64,000 bases of DNA from Macrostomum lignano (Eukaryota): positions 310,001-374,000 of the forward strand of contig NIVC01000571.1 in assembly GCA_002269645.1 (NCBI GenBank), in the 5' to 3' direction. Below the pieces are notes generated by a model. That model ran no database searches. It was not told the origin of the DNA and was given only the letters and a program-made list of their open reading frames with translations. Within the stretch, counting starts at the first letter, position 1. Each line of letters opens with the position of its first letter. Positions 54,176 through 64,000 of this stretch are shown in pieces. The position numbers and the translations under genes are program-made.

Positions 54176-57159
54176 CGATTTCATGGAAACTGGACATTGT
54201 CCAACGGAACTGAGACTGTGTTGTTTTAGGAGTGGAATGCTGTGGCAGTTTTTTGGGAAATTTTCAAGTGTTTACTTTTTTATTGGCGACCGTTTCCGCT
54301 ACAAGCCGAACACTATCAAGTCCAGGTGAAACTTTCACGGTGGAGTGACTTTGGGACCTGCTTTTATGCCTAATACGCTTGACTCTGCAGTGGGCGAGAC
54401 CAGCAAAGTAGCAATACTCTTTGCCTTAAATTAATCTCGTGTTGTATTCTTGCACTTTTGTTGCAGTGCAAGGGCATCCCATTCTTTAGTCGTTGTGGTG
54501 ACTCAGTTAGTCCGCCTTGCTTCATGCGTTATGCGCTAGACTGTGATTTTTTGTTTGGTTTAAGCCTTAGCCTCCCCCCCGCAGTTCTCCTTGTTGTCAC
54601 TATTCTCGTGCCTTGCGTGTACTTTTTGTTGTTTACTGCATTCTGATTGGCTGGGCCGGCAGCGGGCTGGTGTTTAATTTTTTGCAGGGGGTGGTGGGCT
54701 GGAGGGCTTGCGGACCCCCTTCCTCGGGCCGTGACGCGGGGTGTCGTTTTCGTTGTCTTGGGATTCGGAGCTAGACTAGAGGGGTACATTGGCACGGCAC
54801 TGGCTTCATTGTATGCCAGCCTGCACCACCGCAGACATCACGGGTCTGTGCATCAACACTTGTATGTAGCCTGTGGGCTTTGGGATCCAGGGATACACTA
54901 CTCTCTTGATATCTCAAATACTTTAGCTTGCTAGTACGAGCGAGTTCGGATGAGGGGGGGTTTAAAGTTGCATTTGTTACTTCGTCAATAATCCTATTAA
55001 ATCTATATTATCCCAAAAATCGCCATAAAGGGGTCGACTTAGTTCGAAAATGTTTGAACATAATACTTTTACCTGCTGCTTGCTTAATCCTGAGTCAATC
55101 ACTTTCAGTGCAAAAAAGTTCGCTGCCTCCATAATCCCAATGACTCATCTCTAAAACTTCTCAACTTACAAAATGCAACCCACCGCTACAATTCTCGCCT
55201 CAGCCGGACAAGGGTGAAGGTCAAATTCTTTAGTCAACTGGCCTCGGGTACACAAGACTCTACTGAGCTGATGAGAGAGAAAAGACATGTTTATGTGCTC
55301 ACACCTACTTTCTCGTGCTCAAGATCCAAGTCTCCCGATGCTGCCTGCCTGCCTGAGTACACCGCGTTTACTCCTCCCGTCCCATCCTCGACTCGTCTTG
55401 CCATGGAAAGAGTGATTAAAACTAGATAAAAGGACACCCGCTACTTCCAATATGTTCAGAGTTCCCGAGCTCGCCAGTTTGATCCACTGCACTAAAATTA
55501 ATAACTTCAATGGCTGATGCTGAGCTGTCTTATTTTCAGCAGGAGTCTGGTGAATTAGACTACATCAAAAAATGGATTTAACAGTCCAGAATTTGTTTCG
55601 TAGAAAGTGACCGGAATGCCAACCGAGCCAAAAGATGATGAGAGACGAACAAGCGGTAAAAAAATCGGCCAACAGCTTCGCGATTGGACCGATCGAGCTG
55701 ACCAGCATCGAAGAGTTGAAAGCCGTCGGTTATCGGATCTAAGGCTTCATCAAGGAATCTGAACGCTATCAAGGAGATTATTCACGACAGCCAGAGCCAA
55801 GGTTTGTCACTGTGTATAAGCGCGAGAGGAATTCTCCAGTGCATGAAGATGGTGCTAAAAATACCAATATCGAATCTTTTTAAAGCAGATTGGCTTTACA
55901 CCGGCTTGGGTTAATTTCCTAGTCCGGGTCTCCAGTTCTCCAGCGCAGCCGAATTTCCCTTTTTACATCTAGGAGCAATGAATAGGCATCTGACAAAGGC
56001 TGCTGATTGCTGCTGATGGAGAATGAGGAGCTGGCTCAGGCCGATTTCCGATCCTTGGCTTCTATTGAACATTTAGGGTGTTTTTTGATTGCTTGAACTC
56101 GGAGCAAATTTTATAGCGAACCAGATGCTGCAGTATCCGTTTTTATACGTTGAAGTAGGGGTCGCAAAGTTTTGAGGTTGGGGCAAGCTATACCAAGCTA
56201 TTCAACCCAATATTAGAAACCTCTACATGCATTGTTAAAGAACAAAAAGTATGGCTCATTTTTAACCCCGGCAACAAGAAGTTTCTGCTGGCGGAGCCGC
56301 TATTGAAACCGCGATTGGCATCACGTGACCAGGCCTGGATCCCGGCTTCCATAGCGAGAACACCAGCCAGGGAGCAGTGAGTGATCCGCCTTGCAGCTCA
56401 GACCGAGGAGCTCAGAATTCAGGGACTCCCAGGCACAGGTGCTCGGGATTTCAGATTCCCGGAAATGCCCAGAAAGTGACTGACTTTGACTCTGATCCAA
56501 CTCTGCCGAACCCGATCACCGGACCTGATCTTCGAGCAGCATAACTGATACATGAGTCCGGTCCATCAGCAGCAGTTAGATTGACTCAATCTAGATTGAC
56601 CCATCTGTGCAGCAGCCAGTGCTCAAGTTCGCCTCTCTGCAAGCATCTTCATCGCCAGCCTCCGGCTCTGAGCCCCACCCTCCCAGAGAATTGAGCAGCT
56701 CTAATAGCTCTATAGTGCCGAAATTCTGTGCTCAAACGTGCTCGCCTCATCATCAAGGCTCTCCGTCCCTCTGCAATCGTCCCTCTCAAAATGCAAAACG
56801 CGCGGCATTTTGGGCCAAGTTTTGCACCTGCTCGATACCCCTGAGTACTCTATTGTTTGCTGCCGTGGCCCTGCGGCTCCACCAATGCAGAGCTCGAAGG
56901 CCCGCAGCCGCCTCTCCGCCTTCGGCCCCATCTCAGCCTCCAGCCTCCGACTCACCCATTGTGCTGCAGCTTCGCTCTGTCCCCATGCCTGCCCCGAGCT
57001 CAGAAGCCTCTCAGCTGAGTACGCGCTTGCGGGGCAACGGCAGTGTGCAGAAGCTCTAAGAATCGATGAGGCGGTTTAAGGAGCAGCCAGCAACCGCTCG
57101 GCCTGAGACCGGCCACACTGCTCAGCAGGAGGCGCTGCCAATTTTGCTACTCGAATTCG

Positions 57160-57445
57160 GCTGTGTTGCCTGTGCTGAAGGTGAGTCTGTGTGGTTTCTG
57201 TGTGCTGCCTGTGCTGAAGGTGATTCTGTGTGGTTTCTGTGTGCTGCCTGTGCTGAAGGTGAGTCTGTGTGGTTTCTGTGTGCTGCCTGTGCTGAAGGTG
57301 ATTCTGTGTGGTTTCTGTGTGCTGCCTGTGCTGAAGGTGAGTCTGTTTGGTTTCTGTGTGCTGCCTGTGCTGAAGGTGAGTCTGTGTGGTTTCTATGTGC
57401 TGCCTGTGCTGAAGATGAGTCTCTGTGGTTTCTGTGTGCTGCCTG
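57160..57445. repeat. 39-bp minisatellite (TGTGCTGCCTGTGCTGAAGGTGAGTCTGTGTGGTTTCTG)
   Basis: About 7 tandem copies. Confidence 0.9.
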
Positions 57446-58794
57446 TGCCTGTGCATTGCGAGACAACTGCCGTTGGCAGATGACTATTTGCGGAAAATGC
57501 AAGTCTATGAATTTCGAAAAAAAAATTTTAAGACTAATTGTAGACGAAAGCTGTGAAAATTAGAGAAAATCGACTAAATCTCAGTAAATCTTGGTAAATT
57601 TCAGAACCGTAATAGTAGGTTTTTGTCAAGGCGGAACAAGTAATAGTCGAATTTGTCCTGTTGCTGTCATATAAAGGGGCCTATCTTGAGTACTAGCTAA
57701 ATATGATCTATAGCTTAAATTGCTGTCATTTCAGCTGAGCTCTGGGTACTGCCTGACTGATATTGCTGGCCACCAATGCAGGTGCGCGCACTGTTCTCCC
57801 CTCTCCTTCCAGCTGTCTGATTCCTCATGTAGGTCACGTGACCCAATTATTTATCCAATGTGCCCCCTGCTCATGTCTTCAATATATAAGATCTGCGCAA
57901 TATGAGCCAGGAACCAGTTTGAATTTCCTTGATTGATCTGCTGTTGTCTTCTGCAGGCACGGGTGCCCGATTCTCGTCCGAGAATTCGGCTCAGTTCGTT
58001 CCCGTGAGTTCATGCTGCTTGAGCACAGCATTTGGTTCCGCTGTCCCAGGGACCCTAACAGCAGAGACAGCTGTGGGCGATTTTCTTTGGGTGCCAGAAA
58101 CTGGGTGTGGCCTGGATAACTTCCCGGTCGAGTCGATCAGAAACTTCGGGACATCCCATCCAGGTCTCTTTGGTGCTCCTGAGGATAAAGGGAGAAATTT
58201 TAATTTCACGAGAACTCACGAGAGCTCCGGAATGCCTGTACCGGTTAATCTGGCTGCTGTCGCACTGGAGGCGGACAAGCCGACAAGTCACCGATTTCAT
58301 TCGGTTCGGTCAGCGTCCCGCATCTTGAGCTCCATCTCGGTTGCTTAAGCTCTCAGCTGCTTTATTGTTTCTAATTTGTTGGTTTACCTCCAGCTTCAGC
58401 TTTAAACTCCATTAAATCTACAATATTTAGCTCCATAGCAGTGCCAGCTTCTCATATCAGCAACACCTTCCCGAAGCAGTGCCTCCGCTCCCTCAGCTCC
58501 GGTCTCTGCTGCCCCGCCACATCTATGCAGTAGTCAGAACGGTTAACACGCGCCTGACTCGTGGCGAAGAACCCGGGTTCGATCCCGTGTTTAGCCGCAC
58601 TAATTCGGTAGTCTTGAGATTTGTGAGTTTGTGCCTGCGTGCGAGCCACCCTGATACATTCCGAAATTTTGCAGATTACATTGTCAATCTCATGGCAATC
58701 AAGGGACATTCGATGCAAAGCCCCTCAATTCTCAAACACAAACACGGACGAATTGCAGGTCGTGTTCAACTCGACTGACGCTCAATTCTTTCCG

Positions 58795-61700
58795 ATGGCC
58801 GCTGCGGATCAACTGCGAGCTGCGCTGGAGGCCAACGACTGCGAGCGGCTGCTGAAGCTGTGCCGGCAGCTGGACTCCAACCTGACAGTGTCGTCTGGCA
58901 AATTTAAAGACCCGCCTCACACGAGAGAAATGTCGGTGACTCACCACGTCGCTAGCAAGCCGTACGGACTCGACTGTCTGGAGGTGCTGATCGACCGGTT
59001 CGGAGCTGCATGTTTGACATGCAGAGACGAGTTCAACTACACACCTGTGCACTGGGCCGCTATGGAGCAGAGCCAGGAGACCCTGCAGCTCATCCACGTA
59101 AACCTGAGCAGCGACTGTTTTTATGAAAAAGGAAGATTTGGTCGCTCAGTGTTTCACTGTGCTGCCGTGAATGAGCATAGCAACAAAGCTCTTGAGTGGC
59201 TGATCGGTGAGCTCGGCTCAGACTCTCTCATGGAGAAGGATGACAATGGCTCGACAGTCGTTCATCTGGCCGCCCAGTGTCAGAGCTCAGATTCGATGGA
59301 CTTCATTAAATCGAAGCTCGGTTCCGACTGCTTCCGTCAGCGCGGGTGGCTTGGTCGCACCGCAGTTCACTGTGCTGCTTGTAACAAGGTCTCAAACTCG
59401 TCGCTCAAGTGGCTGATCGATGAGCTCGGCTCAGACTCTCTCATGAAGGAGGATGTCAATGGTTCGACAGTCGTTCATCTGGCCGCCGGGGCTCAGAGCT
59501 CAGATTCGATGCAGTTCATTAAATCGGAGCTCGGTTCCGACTGCTTCCGTCAGCGTGGGTGGCTTGGTCGGACACCAATTCACTGTGCTGCTTGTAACGA
59601 GGTCTCAAACTCATCGCTCAAGTGGCTGATTGGCGAGCTCGGCTCGAACTCTCTTGTGGAGAAGGACGACAATGGATCGACAGTCGTTCATCTGGCCGCC
59701 CAGTGTCAGAGCTCAGATTCGTTGGAATTCATTAAATCGAAGCTCGGTTCCGACTGCTTCCGTCAGAGCGGATGGCTTGGTCGCACCGCAGTTCACTGTG
59801 CTGCTTTCAACAAGGTCTCAAACTCGTCCCTCAAATGGCTGATAGATGAGCTCGGCTCAGACTCTCTCTTGGAGAAGGGTGACAATGGATCGACAGTCGT
59901 TCATATGGCCGCCGAGTTTCAAGGCTCAGATTCGATGCAGTTCATTAAATCGAAGCTCGGTTCCGACTGCTTCCGTCAGTGCGGGTGGCTTGGTCGCACC
60001 GCAGTTCACTATGCTGCTTGCAACAAGGTCTCAAACTCGTCGCTCAAGTGGCTTATCGATGAGCTCGGCTCAGACTCTCTCATGGAGAAGGATGACGATG
60101 GAGTTACAGTCGTTCGTCTTGCCGCACAGTGTCAGGGATCAGATTCGATGGAGTTCATTAAATCGAAGCTCGGTAACGACTGTTTCCGTCAGCGGGGATT
60201 TCTTGCAGGCACCGCAGTTCACTATGCTGCTTGTAACAAGGTCTCAAACTCATCCTTAAAGTTCCTGATCGATGAGCTGGGCTCCGATTCTCTCATAAAG
60301 AAGGTTGAAGATGGATCGACAGTCGTTCATATGGCCGCCGAGTTTCAAGGCTCAGATTCGATGCAGTTTATTAAATCGAAACTCGGTGCTGACTGCTTCC
60401 GTCAGCGCGGATTCAAGGGACGCACCGCAGTTCACTGTGCTGCTTGTAACATCAACAGCGTCTCTGCGCTAAGGTGGATTGTCGGTCAGCTGGGACCCGA
60501 CTGTCTGAAGCTGAGGGACGACGAGGGCATCACGGCTGCGCACCTGGCAGCTCAGCACCAGGACGAGGACTCGCTACGGCTCATCAGGGACTCGCTGGGC
60601 GTCGCCGCCTTCGACTTGCAGGACCAGCAGGGACAGTCGGTGGCGGACTACGCGAAGAAGAACAGCCGGTCGGAGCGGATGCTGGGCTGCATCGCCGAGC
60701 TGCGGGAGGAGGAGAGGCTGCGAGCCTCGATGGAGGACAACCGTCTGCATAGTAGTTCTGCTGAGGGACAACAGGATGGGTGAGCCGCCTGCTTAAAGGG
60801 ACAATTAGCGTTGCGGCCAGAGTAAAAGCTGGTATAAGAGCACCCTCTTAGATAATGTGCTTAGATAATGTGCTTGTATATGGTGCATACGACAGATTCA
60901 ATTGCAAGGAGTCTCAAGCATTGATTAGCGGGTTTGTCGATTAAAGAAGTCGTGAAATCTTTTGAATATCGAGCCGCGTCTGTGTTGCCAGACGATTCGG
61001 TTTTCCACAGTTGCTGCAAGTTTTGCGTCTTGCAGCCTCACAGTTGCTGTGGCCGGACTGACCGCATCTGTAGCAGGTGAGGAAATGGCTTGCTGACTGG
61101 TGGACGGTCCAAGTGACTTCTGCTTGGCTGCTGTTGCCGATTTTTTTGCTGCTGGGTGGTGCTTTGCGTGCTAATCGCGGCGACGGTCGAATCCTTCGAC
61201 AGCTCGATTGCCGTTGGTTGCGCTTCTGAAGCTTCATGGGCATCGCTGAGCAAAATGTCGGATTCTTGCAGTAGTCGGCGACGAAGTGCGTCAGAGAAGC
61301 AGGTGGCGACCAACTGATCACGAATGATGGAATTTCGAAGTTCTCCGAAGTCGCAGGTGTCAGCGGGTGCTTTCATCCGAGCGTGCCAGCTGTCTATGGT
61401 CTCTCCCAGCTGTTTTGTGCACTGCCGAAACTGATACCGTGCGAAGACCAGGTTTTAACAGAGTTGTTAGCTGTAGGTGCTTCCACGGGGCAGTGATAGC
61501 GGCGGAGCAAATAAGTGAGAGAAAGATGGAAGCTAGTTAGATATACACTTCCCCACAACAATCATCAATTAACAGATTCCCTGCCTGCTCAGTTCCCCAT
61601 TTCGGCAGCAATTCCCCATTGCTCCCAACATTTTCCAGTGTGAAGCCGTCTCTGGACCCCGCCTTCTCCAGCTGGGAGTTCCTCCTCGATGTTGACGGCA

Positions 61701-62732
61701 ACACGCAGCTGCTCGGAGCAGGCGGTTTCGGCCAGGTGTACAAGGCGTTCACCGATAAGCAACAGACTGTGGCTGTCAAGATCGTCAAGCTGGAAGGTGC
61801 CAGCAGTGCCAGCCTGATAGACGAGGCCATCGAGAAGGAGAACGCGGAGATCTCAGTCCTGAAGGCCGTCCGGCACCCGAACATCGTGCAGTTCCTCAAG
61901 TCTGAGCGCATCAAGAAGGGCGAGCTGTGTATCTTTACCGAGCTGATCTCTGGCCACAGCCTCTCTGAGCTGATGCAGCTGCAGCGACGGCCCTTCGATG
62001 AGGCAGCAGTGAGGAACTTCTCCAAGCAGGTGAGATCCCACACCACCCCATCCAGCAGTGAGGGACTTCTCCAAGCAGGTGAGATCTCACACCACCCCAT
62101 CCAGCAGTGAGGGACTTCTCCAAGCAGGTGAGATCCCACACCACCCCATGCAGCAGTGAGGGACTTCTCCAAACAACTCAGATCCCACACCACCCCATGC
62201 AGCAGTGAGGGACTTCTCCAAGCAGCTCAGATCCCACACCACCCCTGCTCACTCGCTCCCCAACTCACAGATCTGCACAGCGCTCCACTTCCTGCACAGC
62301 CGCAGTCCCGTCACCCTGCACCGTGACATCAAGTGCTCCAACATAATGCTCACCAACGAGGGCCTCATCAAGCTGATCGACTTCGGTGTCGCCAAGGAGG
62401 TCTTCGCCACAATGTGCAGCACCAAGACGGCGCACGGCACCCTCCATTTCATGGCTCCTGAGCTGTTCAGTGAGGACGAAGGAATCGTGTACTCACCCAA
62501 GACTGACGTGTGGGCTTTCGGCTGCTCCGTGTTCGAGATGCTGGAGATGAAGCCTCCGAACTGGCAGTTCAGGTGGCAGCAGATCCCGCTGAGGATTCAC
62601 AACCACGACATGCCGCAGCTACCGGCGGAGGCCTCCGCCCTGCTGAGGGACTTCTACGGACGGTGCGTCCAGAGGGAGCCGAGGAGGCGAGCGGCCGCCG
62701 CGGAGCTGCTGGAGCACAAATTTCTGCAGTGA
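58795..62732 (+). CDS. Ankyrin-repeat protein kinase (N-terminal ANK array plus STE/MAP3K-like kinase; ~945 aa), intact copy 2
   Basis: ANK exon 58795-60779 (six 213-bp/71-aa units). Donor GG|GTGAGC (phase 2) joins the acceptor TTTTCCAG|T at 61638. Kinase exons 61639-62029 and 62271-62732 carry [30 protein letters not shown] and DVWAFG. Confidence 0.8.
60960..61500 (-). mobile_element. Ty3/gypsy gag fragment, antisense within the ANK-kinase intron
   Basis: GETIDSWHARM...CDFGELRNSIIRDQLV...LRRRLLQE, followed by a frameshifted zinc knuckle CYRCGQSGH...CSNCGKPN. No pol or LTRs seen. Confidence 0.75.
62006..62245 (+). repeat. 49-bp tandem repeat (5 copies) duplicating an exon end plus splice donor
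   Basis: GCAGTGAGG starts at 62006, 62055, 62104, 62153 and 62202. Copies 1-3 contain AAGCAG|GTGAGA. Confidence 0.9.
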
Positions 62733-62985
62733 CAGACTGGCATGAGTCAGTGACAGACTGGCATGAGTCAGTGACAGATTGGCATGAGTCAGTGACAGAC
62801 TGGCATGAGTCAGTGACAGATTGGCATGAGTCAGTGACAGATTGGCATGAGTCAGTGACAGATTGGCATGAGTCAGTGACAGACTGGCATGAGTCAGTGA
62901 CAGATTCGCATGGGTCAGTGACAGATTGGCATGAGTCAGTGACAGATTGGCTTGAGTCAGTGACAGATTGGCATGAGTCAGTGCC
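62727..62985. repeat. 21-bp minisatellite including the kinase stop codon (CAGTGACAGACTGGCATGAGT)
   Basis: About 12 copies; the first unit is CAG TGA, the last codon plus stop. Confidence 0.93.
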
Positions 62986-63384
62986 AATTTGGGCTCCTGT
63001 GCTGCTAATAAACATATATTTAATCAATTTTGATATGTAGCTCGCTATAAAGTTCTGTCGAAATTGGTTCAAAGTGAGAAATTGTTCATTCGATGCTGAT
63101 TAAAATATTCTACCGATGTTGGAAATTCCAAATCACAATATACTTCAACCGCCGTTATCTATTGTTCTGCTGCACAGCTGTTTTGCCCATTTGCCAATCT
63201 TTGAATGCTTTTTTACTTGCTCCGAGTAATCATACGAACTTCCAAAGTTCTCGGAGTACAGCTAGCTCAGTACCTTGTGTTTATTGCCGTTCAAATACAA
63301 GCCCAAAACTGCAGCCGCTTTCAGAGCACTAAAGTGATTTTCTTCTTGGTGACTAGCGTTCATTTTAACTGCTGTCATTGTCCA

Positions 63385-64000
63385 TGATCCCAAATTCATG
63401 ATCCCAACTGTCACTGATCCCAATTGTCACTGATCCAAATTGTCACTGATCCCAAATTCATGATCCCAATTGTCACTGATTTCAATTGTCACTGATCCCA
63501 ATTGTCACTGATCCCAATTGTCACTGATCCCAATTGTCACTGATCCCAATTGTCACTGATCCCAATTGTCACTGATTTCAATTGTCAATGATCCCAACTG
63601 TCACTGATCTCAATTGTCACTAAACCCAATTGTCAATGATCCCAACTGTCACTGATTTCAATTGTCACTGATCCCAATTGTCACTGATCCCAATTGTCAC
63701 TGATTTCAATTGTCAATGATCTCAATTGTCACTAAACCCAATTGTCAATGATCCCAACTGTCACTGATTTCAATTGTCACTGATCCCAATTGTCACTGAT
63801 CCCAACTGTCTTTGATTTCAATTGTCAATGATTTCTCAATTGTCACTGATCCCAACTGTCTTTGATTTCAATTGTCAATGATTTCTCAATTGTCACTGAT
63901 CCCAATTGTCACTGATCCCAATTGTCACTGATCCCAATTGTCACTGATCCCAATTGTCACTGATTTCAATTGTCAATGATCCCAACTGTCACTTATCTCA
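63385..64000. repeat. 16-bp minisatellite (GATCCCAATTGTCACT) running off the right edge
   Basis: Tandem copies to the end of the window. Confidence 0.95.

Noticed and set aside
55200-57060. Short ORFs on both strands between the Gly-rich gene and ANK copy 2
   Set aside because: No domain motif or consistent splice chain found.
57066-57563. (CAACAEGESVWFL)n ORF as a metallothionein or zinc-finger-like protein
   Set aside because: A 39-bp minisatellite open in several frames on both strands, with no supporting gene structure.
58639-58794. N-terminal extension of the 714-aa ANK ORF
   Set aside because: It starts at a non-ATG codon and the frame is not conserved in copy 1. It more likely represents intron/5' UTR before the acceptor at 58758 and ATG 58795.

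Overview
Eukaryotic (invertebrate animal) genomic DNA with GC-rich exons, AT-rich spacers and a minisatellite in most introns and 3' UTRs. The style resembles a Macrostomum-type flatworm genome, but that is an inference, not an identification. Genes reconstructed by hand from GT-AG junctions and reading phase: a >=2.7-kb low-complexity exon running off the left edge (-); an intronless secreted Tyr/Ser decapeptide-repeat protein (-); a HAD phosphatase (-); a 2-exon GLUT/SLC2A transporter (-); a 9-exon BTB-BTB-UBA/CUE-like protein (+); the secretory-pathway Ca2+/Mn2+ ATPase SPCA (+); Rab GGTase beta (+), whose start Met I cannot find in the genome here; a secreted PAN plus ALK/LTK-type glycine-rich protein (+); and a birth-and-death cluster of ankyrin-repeat/STE-type kinase genes (one intact, one pseudogene, one relic). 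Mobile DNA: a ~2-kb TIR element with 8-bp TSD, a PHD-finger remnant and a nested MITE; a decayed mariner; and a gypsy gag fragment. Best leads: the spliced ANK-kinase with variable binding-surface residues, the Tyr/Ser repeat protein, and a possible spliced-leader-supplied start codon. All coordinates were read by eye and may be off by a few bases. No database searches were run.
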